A program made the translations under genes and the position numbers. The notes under the pieces were generated by a model. That model saw only the letters and a list, made by a program, of their open reading frames with translations, made no database searches and had not been told where the DNA came from. Positions 16,370 through 26,066 of a DNA stretch of 56,089 bases are shown piece after piece. Origin of the DNA: a virus (lineage: Duplodnaviria > Caudoviricetes); IMG/VR virus record IMGVR_UViG_3300042866_000291, positions 1-56,089 of that record, one strand, 5' to 3'. Numbering within the stretch: the stretch's first letter is position 1; each line of letters opens with the position of its first letter.

Positions 16370-16749
16370 GGTTAGCTCCTTGAAAAAGTGAATACTCGGC
16401 AGGGCCAATCCCCACTGAGTAAATCCAGTATACGAACCCCCCTTTTTAAACCCGGTTTCATCCCCGAATCAGGGGGTGCCGTCCCTTTTCCGGGGGGTAT
16501 TTCCGACCCCCACCCACCCCCCAGCCCCCGATATTGGGCAGATGAGGGCGGCTTCGCATTAACACTAATCCTCAACCGCACCCCACAATTTCTGTAATTT
16601 CCAAACACCTACCCCCTATTTTCAAAATCTCCGCCTTTTTTCGCCGCTCAATATGCGAAACCCACCCCCATACCTTTTCAAAATAAAAACCGGGGGGTAT
16701 ATTAGAAAAATGCAAAATAACTTTGTCAAATCTTTGACAAGCACAGACG

Positions 16750-16780
16750 AAAAAAAGCCCCGAGCTTTTAAGTCGGGGCT
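16750..16780 (-). terminator. Rho-independent terminator on the minus strand
   Basis: AGCCCCGA-9 nt-TCGGGGCT followed by a T-run. Confidence 0.7.
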
Positions 16781-16850
16781 GAACAGTTTTGCAACTGACA
16801 GGAGATACACAGAACCAACACAACCCGAGCACCGCTTGCGCGTTACTCAC
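16750..16850 (-). ncRNA. Candidate ~100-nt small RNA with anti-SD seed
   Basis: TTGCGT-18-TATAGT promoter, UAUCUCCUGU seed, intrinsic terminator, no convincing ORF. Confidence 0.4.
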
Positions 16851-16865
16851 ATACCACTATACACT
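16836..16865 (+). promoter_or_regulatory. Possible late-arm promoter
   Basis: TTGCGC-18 bp-TACACT upstream of the first plus-strand gene. Confidence 0.35.
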
Positions 16866-16898
16866 CGCGCCAATTACGGACGCAAGCCCCGCATCGAA

Positions 16899-17519
16899 AT
16901 GCTTGACCACTTGATTGATTTCCAACCGCCGATGGCCACGCCGCAAGACGTGACGCCACTGGAGAAGGCAGCGCCCGACGATATTGTCGCGGCGCAGGTG
17001 TCAACTGCTGAGTGGCTCAAGGAAATGGGGGCCACGACTGCCGAAGAAGCGCAGCAAGCAGTGGCCACGTCGCAGGCGCGACAGGCATTCCAGGCCCTGA
17101 CCACCCAAACCCCGGAAGAACAGCGCAAGGCGCTGGTCCAGATGAAGACCCCGGTGGCTGTGCGCCACCTCACGGGCATGTTGGTGGCCTATGACTGGGA
17201 GTTTGTACAGCAGGCCAAGGAGCTTCGGGGCTACGCAGTGGCCCAAATCCTGGAAGAAACCAAGCACCCTGACGCAAAAATCAGGTTGAAGGCGCTCGAT
17301 ATGCTCGGGCGCGTGACGGAAGTGGCGCTGTTCACGGAGCGGGTGGAGGTCAAGAAGACCGACCTGACCGATGCCGAGATCGAAGCCAAGATTCGGGACA
17401 AGATCAACCGCTTCATGGGCGTTACTGATGTGATCGACGTAACGACCGCAGAAGAAAACACCGAAGAAGACCCTAGCCAAACCCCCGAAACGCCGGATGA
17501 ACCTCCAGTCGCTCAGTAG
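16899..17519 (+). CDS. Putative terminase small subunit
   Basis: Directly upstream of TerL; RLKALDMLG...VALFTERVEV; start moved to MLDHL. Confidence 0.6.
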   Translation: MLDHLIDFQPPMATPQDVTPLEKAAPDDIVAAQVSTAEWLKEMGATTAEEAQQAVATSQARQAFQALTTQTPEEQRKALVQMKTPVAVRHLTGMLVAYDWEFVQQAKELRGYAVAQILEETKHPDAKIRLKALDMLGRVTEVALFTERVEVKKTDLTDAEIEAKIRDKINRFMGVTDVIDVTTAEENTEEDPSQTPETPDEPPVAQ

Positions 17520-19035
17520 CATCTCCCCGAGAGAGCTTGCGGCGATTCAGGCCGCGCTCCCCACGCTCTCCTTGCAGGAGAAGATGGAGCTTTTCGAGGC
17601 GCTCGAAGAAAAAGAGCGGCGTCTGTCCAGAGATTTAGCCAAAACCAACCTCATTGGCTTCGCCAAGCACGTCTATCCGGGGTTCAAGGTGGGGCCGCAC
17701 CACAAAAAACTGGCCAAAATCTTTGAAGACGTGCTTTCGGGCAAGAAAAAGCGCGTGATCATCAACATCGCGCCCCGCATGGGCAAGTCGGAGTTCTCCT
17801 CCTACCTGTTCCCGGCGTACTTCTTGGGCAAGTTTCCCGAGAAGAAGATCATTATGGGTACGCACACCGCGTCCCTGTCAGAAGACTTTGGACGGCGGAT
17901 ACGGAACCTCATAAACTCAGACGAATACGCTGAGCTTTTTCCGCAGACCAGTGTTGCCGAGGACCAAAAAGCCGCCGGAAAGTGGTCAACCTCCAAGGGA
18001 GGTCAGTATTACGCTGCTGGTGTTGGCGGTGCTCTGGCTGGTCGCGGTGCTGACCTTTTTGTTATTGATGATCCTCATTCTGAGCAGGACGTAAAGATTA
18101 ACTCGCGCCTTGCGTTCGACACGGCGTGGAACTGGTTCCAAACGGGCCCGCTGCAACGCTTGATGCCAGGGGGCGCCATCATCGTCATCATGACGAGGTG
18201 GTCGCTGCTGGACCTTACCGGGCGGCTGATTGATTACCAGACCAAGAACCCCGAGGCGGATCAGTGGGAGATCGTTGAACTCCCGGCGATCTTGAACCAA
18301 GATCAAGAAAACGAGAAAAGCCTGTGGCCAGAGCAGTGGCCACTGGACCAACTCAAGTCCAAGAAGGCGAACATGGACCCGCGTTTCTGGAACGCGCAGT
18401 ACATGCAGCAGCCTACCGCTGACTCATCGGCGATCATTGGACGCCACATGTGGCGTATATGGCCACACGACGACCCGCCCCCGTGCGAGTACGTGATCCA
18501 GTCTTGGGACACGGCGTTCGAGACAAAGACCACCTCAGACTACAGCGCCTGCACGACGTGGGGCGTTTGGTACAACGAGGAAGAAGGGGACTCGCCCCAA
18601 CTCATGCTGCTCGATGCCTTCAAGGACCGGATGGCGTTTCCCGAACTCAAGCAAGTCGCGCTCAAGCACTACAAGCAGTGGGAGCCCGATGCGTTCATCG
18701 TGGAAAAGAAAGCCGCTGGGGCGCCTTTGATCTATGAGCTTCGCAACCAAGGCATACCTGTGGCGGAGTACACCCCCTCCCGTGGCAACGACAAGACGGT
18801 GCGCGTGAACGCGGTGGCAGACCTGTTTGCCTCGGGCAAAGTCTGGGCGCCAGATACTCGGTGGGCCAGAGAGGTTATCGAGGAGGTAGCGGCGTTCCCG
18901 GTAGGCGAGCACGACGACTACGTGGATACTACGACCCAAGCCCTGTTGCGCTTTCGCCAGGGTGGGTTCATCAGTCTGGACTCAGACGAGAAGGAAGATG
19001 CGTTCTTCCGCGCCCGTAAAGCGGCGTACTACTAA
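17497..19035 (+). CDS. terL: Terminase large subunit
   Basis: APRMGKS Walker A, GRGADLFVIDDP, nuclease SWDTA...DYSA...HDDYVD. Confidence 0.95.
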   Translation: MNLQSLSSISPRELAAIQAALPTLSLQEKMELFEALEEKERRLSRDLAKTNLIGFAKHVYPGFKVGPHHKKLAKIFEDVLSGKKKRVIINIAPRMGKSEFSSYLFPAYFLGKFPEKKIIMGTHTASLSEDFGRRIRNLINSDEYAELFPQTSVAEDQKAAGKWSTSKGGQYYAAGVGGALAGRGADLFVIDDPHSEQDVKINSRLAFDTAWNWFQTGPLQRLMPGGAIIVIMTRWSLLDLTGRLIDYQTKNPEADQWEIVELPAILNQDQENEKSLWPEQWPLDQLKSKKANMDPRFWNAQYMQQPTADSSAIIGRHMWRIWPHDDPPPCEYVIQSWDTAFETKTTSDYSACTTWGVWYNEEEGDSPQLMLLDAFKDRMAFPELKQVALKHYKQWEPDAFIVEKKAAGAPLIYELRNQGIPVAEYTPSRGNDKTVRVNAVADLFASGKVWAPDTRWAREVIEEVAAFPVGEHDDYVDTTTQALLRFRQGGFISLDSDEKEDAFFRARKAAYY

Positions 19036-19044
19036 GGATTAAAG

Positions 19045-21501
19045 ATGGCAACCAACATCGACAAGGCGCTGTACTCTGCCCCCACGGGAATCGAAGAGCT
19101 TGCACAGGAAGAAGCGCCCATTGAGATTGAGATCGTTGACCCCGAAGAGGTCAACATCGGCATCGACGGGATGGAGATCAGCCTCACCCCGGAGCCCAAG
19201 ACCGCTGAATCGTTCGACGCCAACTTGGCAGAGTACCTGGATGCAGGCTTCGTTGAGGGGCTTGGTGGCGACCTGATGGCCGACATCGACCAGGACAAAG
19301 CCTCCCGCAAAGAGTGGGAGAAGGCGTACGTCGATGGCCTGAAGCTGCTGGGCTTGCAGATTGAAGAGAGGACGGAGCCGTGGAACGGCGCCTGTGGTGT
19401 GTTCCACCCGATGATCACGGAAGCCGTTGTGCGCTTCCAGTCCGAGATGATCACGGAGACTTTCCCCGCTGCGGGTCCGGTCAAGACCAAGATCATTGGC
19501 AAGGACACGCCGGAGAAGAAAGAAGCCGCCGTCCGCGTGCAGGACGACATGAACTTCGAGTTGACGGAAGTGATGAAGGAGTTCCGCCCCGAGCATGAGC
19601 GCATGTTGTGGAGCCTGCCCGCCACCGGCTCGGCCTTCAAAAAGGTCTACTACGATCCCAACCTGGGTCGTCAAGTCAGCATGTTCGTGCCTGCGGAGGA
19701 CATCATCCTGCCGTACGGCGCTACCGATATGGACACGTGCCGTCGCCTGACGCACGTCATGCGCAAGAGCAAGAACGACCTCGTCAAGCTGCAAGCAGCG
19801 GGCTTTTATCGCGAAGTAGAACTGGGTGAGCCGGACAAGAACAAGTCCGACATTCAACAGGCCAAGGACAAGGAGACGGGGTTCAGTGACCTGAACGACG
19901 ACCGCTTCACGCTCATGGAGGTGCATGTTGACCTGCACATCCCGGACGATCCGTTTGGCGAGCAAGATGATGAGATTGCGGTGCCCTACGTGGTCACGCT
20001 CATTCGTGGCACAAACACGGTGCTGTCAATTTACCGCAACTGGAACGAGGACGACCCCCTCAAGCTCAAGCGCCAGCACTTCGTGCACTACCAGTACGTC
20101 CCCGGCTTTGGGGCGTATGGCTTCGGTCTGTTCCACCTGATCGGTGGCTTTGCCAAGAGCGCCACGTCGCTGATGAGGCAACTGGTGGACGCTGGCACGC
20201 TGTCCAACCTTCCGGGTGGTCTGAAGAGCCGTGGGCTGCGTATCAAGGGGGATGACACCCCCATCGCTCCGGGCGAGTTTCGCGATGTCGATGTTGCCTC
20301 TGGCAACATTCGCGACAGCATCCTGCCGCTTCCCTACAAAGAGCCCAGCCAAGTTCTTTACACCCTGCTGGGCAACATCGTAGAGGAGGGCCGTCGCTTC
20401 GCTGCCACCGCAGACATGAAGGTGGCCGACATGTCTGCCCAGGCGCCCGTGGGCACGACGCTGGCGCTGCTTGAGCGTCAGTTGAAAATCCTGACGGCAG
20501 TCCAGGCACGTACGCACTACTCGCTCAAGCAGGAGTTCAAGCTCCTGAAGTTGATCATTCGCGACTACACCGAGCCGGACTACGAGTACGACCCTGAGTA
20601 CGGCACCAAGCGGGCCAAGCAGTCTGACTACGACATGGTGGACGTGATCCCCGTGTCGGATCCCAATGCGGCCACGATGTCGCAGCGCGTGGTGCAGTAC
20701 CAAGCCGTCATTCAGATGGCGCAGATGGCCCCGCAGATTTACGACCTGCCGCAGTTGCACAGGGCGATGCTGGACGTGTTGGGGATTAAGAACGCAGAGA
20801 AGCTCGTTCCGCTGCCTGACGACGAGAAGCCCACGGATCCCGTCACTGAGAACCAAGACCTGCTCAAGAACACGCCGGTCAAGGCGTTCCTGCACCAGGA
20901 TCACGACGCACACATCGCCGTGCACATGATGATCACGCAGAACCCGCTGGTGGCTCAGGTGGTGGGGCAGAACCCGATGGCGCAGCAGATTGTGGCCGCG
21001 CAGCAGGCGCATATTGCTGAGCACCTGGGCTACAAGATGCGCAAGATGATCGAGGCGCAGATGGGCATGCCGCTGCCGCCGGACGACGAGAAGCTCCCGC
21101 CGCAGGTGGAGATTGCGCTGTCGGCCATGATGGCCCAGGCCGCTGCTCAGGTGAACGCTCAGGCCATGCAGCAAGCCGCGCAGATGCAGGCTCAGCAGCA
21201 GGCACAAGACCCGGTGTTGCAGCTTCAGCAGGCCGAGTTGCAGCTTCGCGCTCAGGAGCTTGCGCTCAAGGAGAAGCAGTTGGCCGTGGACGCTACCGCC
21301 AAGGCCGACAAGCAAGCACTCGACGAAGAGCGGGTCAAAGGCGACCTCCAGCTTCGTGCGATGCAGGTCACGGCCAACATTGAGAAAGACAAGGCCAAGC
21401 TGCAATCTGAGAACGAGCGTGAAGGCGTCAAGCTGGGCGTCGATATCGCCAAATCCCGTGCCGAGCAGGCACGCCAACAAATGGAGAAACCACGTAAGTG
21501 A
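19045..21501 (+). CDS. Portal protein (P22-like, Q-rich C-terminal barrel)
   Basis: Follows TerL, 818 aa, GSAFKKVYYD, long helical Q/A tail. Confidence 0.85.
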   Translation: MATNIDKALYSAPTGIEELAQEEAPIEIEIVDPEEVNIGIDGMEISLTPEPKTAESFDANLAEYLDAGFVEGLGGDLMADIDQDKASRKEWEKAYVDGLKLLGLQIEERTEPWNGACGVFHPMITEAVVRFQSEMITETFPAAGPVKTKIIGKDTPEKKEAAVRVQDDMNFELTEVMKEFRPEHERMLWSLPATGSAFKKVYYDPNLGRQVSMFVPAEDIILPYGATDMDTCRRLTHVMRKSKNDLVKLQAAGFYREVELGEPDKNKSDIQQAKDKETGFSDLNDDRFTLMEVHVDLHIPDDPFGEQDDEIAVPYVVTLIRGTNTVLSIYRNWNEDDPLKLKRQHFVHYQYVPGFGAYGFGLFHLIGGFAKSATSLMRQLVDAGTLSNLPGGLKSRGLRIKGDDTPIAPGEFRDVDVASGNIRDSILPLPYKEPSQVLYTLLGNIVEEGRRFAATADMKVADMSAQAPVGTTLALLERQLKILTAVQARTHYSLKQEFKLLKLIIRDYTEPDYEYDPEYGTKRAKQSDYDMVDVIPVSDPNAATMSQRVVQYQAVIQMAQMAPQIYDLPQLHRAMLDVLGIKNAEKLVPLPDDEKPTDPVTENQDLLKNTPVKAFLHQDHDAHIAVHMMITQNPLVAQVVGQNPMAQQIVAAQQAHIAEHLGYKMRKMIEAQMGMPLPPDDEKLPPQVEIALSAMMAQAAAQVNAQAMQQAAQMQAQQQAQDPVLQLQQAELQLRAQELALKEKQLAVDATAKADKQALDEERVKGDLQLRAMQVTANIEKDKAKLQSENEREGVKLGVDIAKSRAEQARQQMEKPRK

Positions 21502-21692
21502 TCCAAGACTTCGCACGCGTATTGCGCGACCAAATACGCAACGACATGAATAACTACGCCGATGACTTGGCGGGGGGTTCGTGCCGCTCTTTCGACGAAT
21601 ACCAAAAGCTCTGCGGCGTCATCCAAGGTCTGGCGATGGCGGAGCGTTACTTACTTGACCTTGCGAAGAAAGCGGAAGATGCAGATGAGTGA
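21498..21692 (+). CDS. Hypothetical protein
   Basis: GTGA overlap; FDEYQKLCGVIQGL. Confidence 0.7.
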   Translation: MIQDFARVLRDQIRNDMNNYADDLAGGSCRSFDEYQKLCGVIQGLAMAERYLLDLAKKAEDADE

Positions 21693-22119
21693 AGCAGGAT
21701 TGCTACTACCCCCAGGGATTTCCCTGCCTAAAACGATCCAACCGCAGGAAGAACCTGCCCAGGACGCAAGTGACGAGCAAAAAGCTACCCAGCTTCCCGA
21801 GCCCACGGGCTGGAAGTTGCTATGCATAGTACCTGATGTTTCTCAGACTTTCGAGAACTCAGCATTGCTGAAGGCCGACTCGTTTATGAAACAGGAAGAA
21901 CACGCCACCACGGTGCTGTTTGTCCTGAAAGTTGGACCCGATGCATACAAGGACACCGCCAAGTTTCCCAACGGGGCGTGGTGTAAAGCCGGAGACTTTA
22001 TTCTCGTGCGCACCTATTCGGGCACACGGTTCAAGATCTATGGCAAGGAGTTTCGGCTGATCAATGACGATCAGGTTGATGCTGTTGTGCAAGACCCTCG
22101 CGGCCTCACCCGCGCATAA
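21685..22119 (+). CDS. groES: GroES-like co-chaperonin
   Basis: PTGWKLL...VLKVGPDAY...WCKAGDFI...YSGTRFKI.GKEFRLINDDQV. Confidence 0.85.
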   Translation: MSEAGLLLPPGISLPKTIQPQEEPAQDASDEQKATQLPEPTGWKLLCIVPDVSQTFENSALLKADSFMKQEEHATTVLFVLKVGPDAYKDTAKFPNGAWCKAGDFILVRTYSGTRFKIYGKEFRLINDDQVDAVVQDPRGLTRA

Positions 22120-22129
22120 AGGAGTGTGA

Positions 22130-23083
22130 TTGATGGACAAAGAAGAGTTCAAGTTTCCTGACGAGAAGGAAACAGACGTAAAAGTCGAGATCGAAGGCGA
22201 AGGCGACGTAGAAGTCGAAATCGTCGACGATACCCCCGAGAAAGACCGTGGGCGTAAACCCCTAGATAAGGACGTTTCTGACCCCACGGATGAGGAGATC
22301 GAGTCCTACTCGGACAAGGTCCAGACCCGGATCAAAGAACTGACGCATGCTCGCCACGATGAGCGCCGTCAGAAAGAAGCCGTGGCTCGGGAAAAGGCTG
22401 AGCTTGAGCGTCTTGCACAGCAGCTTATCGCTGAGAACAACCGCCTGAAGAAGAGTTACAACGAAGGCCAAGAGGTTCTGGTCAATTCCGCCCGCAAGGA
22501 AGCGGAGTCAGAACTGGAGATGGCCCGTCGCAAACTCAAGGAAGCGCAAGAGGCGTACGACACTGACGCCATCATTGCGGCCCAGGAGGCACTGGCCGAG
22601 GCTAAGTACAAAGCCGAGGAAGCAAAAAGGTTCCGTCCGCAGTCTTTACAGACTCAAGAAATTCCTGTACAAACTCAACAACAACCGCAAGTTCAGGTTC
22701 AACCCGACGAGAAAACCCTGCGCTGGCAGGCCAAAAACCAGTGGTTCGGGCAACCAGGATTTGAGGAATACACCAGCTACGCACTAGGGCTGCACCAGAA
22801 GCTAGTCAACGGGGGTGTCGACCCTCGCTCCGATGATTATTTCGACCAGATCGACGGTCGCATGAAGTCCAAGTTCCCCGAAATTTTCGGTGGCAACGAA
22901 GACAAGCCGAGAACGGGTGAGGTTCAAAAGAAACCCACAACGGTCGTGGCACCTGCCGCTCGTACTACGAGTGCTGGAAAAATCCGTCTGACCCAAACGC
23001 AAGTTGCTTTGGCTAAGAAGCTGGGCCTGACCCCGCAGCAATACGCTGCACAAGTGGCAAAACTGGAGAACCAAAATGGCTGA
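22130..23083 (+). CDS. Putative scaffolding protein
   Basis: Acidic N-terminus, coiled coil, C-terminal AKKLGLTPQQYA; upstream of capsid. Confidence 0.7.
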   Translation: MMDKEEFKFPDEKETDVKVEIEGEGDVEVEIVDDTPEKDRGRKPLDKDVSDPTDEEIESYSDKVQTRIKELTHARHDERRQKEAVAREKAELERLAQQLIAENNRLKKSYNEGQEVLVNSARKEAESELEMARRKLKEAQEAYDTDAIIAAQEALAEAKYKAEEAKRFRPQSLQTQEIPVQTQQQPQVQVQPDEKTLRWQAKNQWFGQPGFEEYTSYALGLHQKLVNGGVDPRSDDYFDQIDGRMKSKFPEIFGGNEDKPRTGEVQKKPTTVVAPAARTTSAGKIRLTQTQVALAKKLGLTPQQYAAQVAKLENQNG

Positions 23084-23531
23084 AACTCAAAACCGTACTC
23101 CTCGTGACTTGCAGTCACGCGATAAAACTGCTCGGGCGGTCTATGTACCTCCGAGTTCGCTGCCCGACCCGACTCCTGAGCCGGGGTATTCGTATCGTTG
23201 GATCGCTACGCATATTCTTGGACAGGCAGACCCTACCAACGTGTCTCGCAAGCTGCGTGATGGTTGGGAGCCGGTTAAGGCAGCAGACCATCCTGAACTG
23301 ATGCTGGTGGGTAGTACCAACGGCAACGTCGAGATTGGTGGATTGATGTTGTGCAAGCAGCCGACTGAACGGGTGCAAGCGCGAGATGAGTACTACCAAA
23401 GACAGGCGCAGGCTCAGATGGATTCAGTGGACAACCACTTCATGCGAAATAGTGATCCACGGATGCCGTTGTTCTCGGACCGCAAGTCCAGCACGACGCG
23501 CGGAGGTGGGTTCGGTTCTGGTTCCAAATAA
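23076..23531 (+). CDS. Head-module protein of unknown function
   Basis: YSYRWI...GWEPV...GGLMLCK. Confidence 0.7.
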   Translation: MAETQNRTPRDLQSRDKTARAVYVPPSSLPDPTPEPGYSYRWIATHILGQADPTNVSRKLRDGWEPVKAADHPELMLVGSTNGNVEIGGLMLCKQPTERVQARDEYYQRQAQAQMDSVDNHFMRNSDPRMPLFSDRKSSTTRGGGFGSGSK

Positions 23532-23541
23532 GGAGTCTTAA

Positions 23542-24150
23542 ATGGCTGCTACTGCCGCACCTTACGGTCTGAAGCCCGTAAACCGTGTTGACGGTCTACC
23601 CTATGCAGGGGAGACGCGCCAACTTTTGATTGACCCTGCCGGGTACAACACCAACCTGTTCTATGGCCAAGTGGTGAAGATCCATACCAATGGATACATC
23701 CAACTGGTTACGGAAACTGGCGGCACGGGCGATGCTTTCCCCGCTGGCACCATCGGTGTCTTCGTGGGCTGCTCGTACGTGAACACGCAAGGCCAGACGG
23801 TGTTCTCCCAGTACTACCCTGCCAACTCGCTGAACGCTGTGGCTTACGTCGTGGATGATGATCGCGCCGTGTTCCAGGCTCAGGCAGATGGCGCGGTTGG
23901 TCAGACCTCTCTGGGTCAAAACATGCTCTTCGCCGCTGCTCAGAGCGGAACAGCAGGCACGGGTGGTTCTACCACCACGGGCAACTCGCTGTCGGCCCTG
24001 AGTGCTACCACGCAAGCCCTTACTGCGGGCTTCCGTCTGGTTGGTTTTGTCAACGCTCCCGGCTCTGCTGTGGGCGATGCCAAGACCGATGTCCTGGTGA
24101 AGTTCAACATCGGCCAGCATTCGTACACGAATGCAACTGGCGTTGCCTGA
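23542..24150 (+). CDS. Putative capsid decoration/cement protein
   Basis: APYGLKPV...GVFVGCSY; immediately before MCP. Confidence 0.6.
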   Translation: MAATAAPYGLKPVNRVDGLPYAGETRQLLIDPAGYNTNLFYGQVVKIHTNGYIQLVTETGGTGDAFPAGTIGVFVGCSYVNTQGQTVFSQYYPANSLNAVAYVVDDDRAVFQAQADGAVGQTSLGQNMLFAAAQSGTAGTGGSTTTGNSLSALSATTQALTAGFRLVGFVNAPGSAVGDAKTDVLVKFNIGQHSYTNATGVA

Positions 24151-24166
24151 TAAGGAGTGAACTGAA

Positions 24167-25096
24167 ATGGCAATTTCTCGTGCCCAACTACTCAAGGAAC
24201 TCCTGCCCGGTCTGAACGCATTGTTCGGTATGGAGTACGCTCGCTACGGCGAAGAGCATAAGGAAATCTACGAGACTGAAAAGTCCGAGCGTTCCTTTGA
24301 AGAAGAAACCAAGCTGGCTGGTTTTGCAGCCGCTCCGGTTAAGAACGAAGGTCAGGCAATCCAGTACGACAACGCACAGGAAGCCTTCACCGCTCGTTAT
24401 AACCACGAGACTATCGCGCTTGGCTTCTCGATCACCGAGGAAGCGGTGGAAGACAACCTGTATGACAGTCTGTCTGCCCGCTACACCAAGGCTCTGGCCC
24501 GTGCGATGTCTTACACCAAGCAGGTGAAAGCCGCAGCCGTGATCAACAACGGCTTCAACGGCGCTTATGCTGGCGGTGATGGTGTTTCGCTCTTTGGCAA
24601 CAACGCCTCTCTGACCCGCGTCGGCCACCCCCTGGTGTCCGGTGGCGTGAACTACAACAGCCCGACTGTTGGCGTAGACCTCAACGAAACGTCCCTCGAA
24701 AACGCTGTGATCCAGATCGCTGCGTGGACGGACGAACGTGGTCTGCTGATCGCTGCCAAGCCCACCAAGATGGTGATCCCGCCCTCGCTGATGTTCGTTG
24801 CCAAGCGCCTGCTTGACACTGAACTGCGCGTGGCTACTGCTGATAACGATATCAACGCTATCAAGCAGATGGGTGCCATCCCCGGTGGTTACACCGTCAA
24901 CCACTTCTTGACCGACACGAACGCTTGGTTCTTGCTGACCGACGTTCCCAACGGCATGAAGCACTTCGAGCGTGTCGCTATGGGCACCTCGATGGACGGT
25001 GACTTTGACACCGGCAACGTGCGCTACAAGGCCCGCGAGCGTTATTCGTTCGGCTGGTCTGATCCGCTGGGCATCTGGGGTTCTCCCGGAGCCTAA
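24167..25096 (+). CDS. Major capsid protein (Mu gpT-like, HK97 fold)
   Basis: MAISRAQLLKELLPGLNALFG...DFDTGNVRYKARERYSFGWSD; followed by terminator. Confidence 0.9.
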   Translation: MAISRAQLLKELLPGLNALFGMEYARYGEEHKEIYETEKSERSFEEETKLAGFAAAPVKNEGQAIQYDNAQEAFTARYNHETIALGFSITEEAVEDNLYDSLSARYTKALARAMSYTKQVKAAAVINNGFNGAYAGGDGVSLFGNNASLTRVGHPLVSGGVNYNSPTVGVDLNETSLENAVIQIAAWTDERGLLIAAKPTKMVIPPSLMFVAKRLLDTELRVATADNDINAIKQMGAIPGGYTVNHFLTDTNAWFLLTDVPNGMKHFERVAMGTSMDGDFDTGNVRYKARERYSFGWSDPLGIWGSPGA

Positions 25097-25108
25097 GTGG
25101 TTCTACGG

Positions 25109-25139
25109 AAAGGGGGCTTCGGCCCCCTTTTCTTTTTTT
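25109..25139 (+). terminator. Rho-independent terminator after MCP
   Basis: AAAGGGGGC-TTCG-GCCCCCTTT then T-run. Confidence 0.9.
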
Positions 25140-25160
25140 CAAAGTGGGTGTATAAATACA

Positions 25161-25235
25161 TCAGTCCAAGAACCCCTAATACCTGCTGACCGGCTTGGCG
25201 GACTGACCTCACAGACAGCAGGTGCAATTGAGGAG
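25161..25235 (+). ncRNA. Structured element downstream of capsid gene (possibly Mu-gpT-DE-like motif)
   Basis: TCAGTCC/GGACTGA, ACCTGCTG/CAGCAGGT and CCTCA/TGAGG crossing pairs. Confidence 0.5.
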
Positions 25236-25241
25236 CCATAA

Positions 25242-25553
25242 ATGGCACGCACTACCTTCTCCGGCCCGGTTAAGTCTGACAATGGCTTTGAGGGCGCAAT
25301 TACCGGCAATGTCATCGGAAACGTCACGGGTACGCTGACGGGCAACGTGGTTGCTACCGCAGGTTACATCCAGCTTCGTACGGCCACTGCGGCCAATATC
25401 GCTGCGATTGCCAATGCCGTGAACACCACAGGCAAGGCCGCAGGCACCATCGTGTTTGACACCACGAATAGCAAGCTGAAGATCGCTACGGGCGCTTTGG
25501 CCGCAAGCACTTGGGTTGACGCAGACGGCTCTAACGCGGTTACTCCGAGTTAA
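25242..25553 (+). CDS. Putative virion (head fibre/decoration) protein
   Basis: MARTTFSGPVKS...GxxTG repeats. Confidence 0.65.
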   Translation: MARTTFSGPVKSDNGFEGAITGNVIGNVTGTLTGNVVATAGYIQLRTATAANIAAIANAVNTTGKAAGTIVFDTTNSKLKIATGALAASTWVDADGSNAVTPS

Positions 25554-25565
25554 TAGGAGCGCATC

Positions 25566-26066
25566 ATGGCGATGCAATATGACGTTAAAGCGGCCCACAT
25601 GGCTGCGTCCGGCGTAGCGGTTACTTATCGCACACGCTTAAAGGGCGCAATTGTTTCGGCCAATGCTAGTGCTGCTACGCGCAACACGGTGTACGCCAAC
25701 AACCTGTCGCAGACAGGTACCTACGGACGTTCAACCAACACCGTTACGGTGACCATTACTAACCACGGTCTTTCTAATGGGGATCGTGTGTGGCTGTCTT
25801 TCTCGGCAGGCACGGGCGGTACGGCTACGACCAACGTGTACTCTGTGACGGTAACCAACGCCAACACGTTCACTGTTACGGATGCGGCGTCGGGCACCAT
25901 CACTGGAAGCCCTGCGGTCACCATGTACGCTGACATTCTGTTGGAAGCCGACTCTTACAACCCAACAGCGTTTAACGTGATCATTCCCGGCGAAGGCATC
26001 ATTGCCGAAAACGGGATTTACGTTGGTTTGGTTACCAACGTCACTACGACACTGTTTTATGGCTAA
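25566..26066 (+). CDS. Putative virion protein with inserted beta domain
   Basis: TVTVTITNHGLSNGDRV motif; C-terminal IPGEGI...GIYV. Confidence 0.65.
   Translation: MAMQYDVKAAHMAASGVAVTYRTRLKGAIVSANASAATRNTVYANNLSQTGTYGRSTNTVTVTITNHGLSNGDRVWLSFSAGTGGTATTNVYSVTVTNANTFTVTDAASGTITGSPAVTMYADILLEADSYNPTAFNVIIPGEGIIAENGIYVGLVTNVTTTLFYG

Noticed and set aside
16653-16898. Long N-terminal extension of the terminase small subunit
   Set aside because: AT-rich, contains promoter and terminator signals; ATG 16899 fits better.
20026-21516. 496-aa minus-strand ORF (also 19039-19965)
   Set aside because: Antisense shadow of the portal gene.
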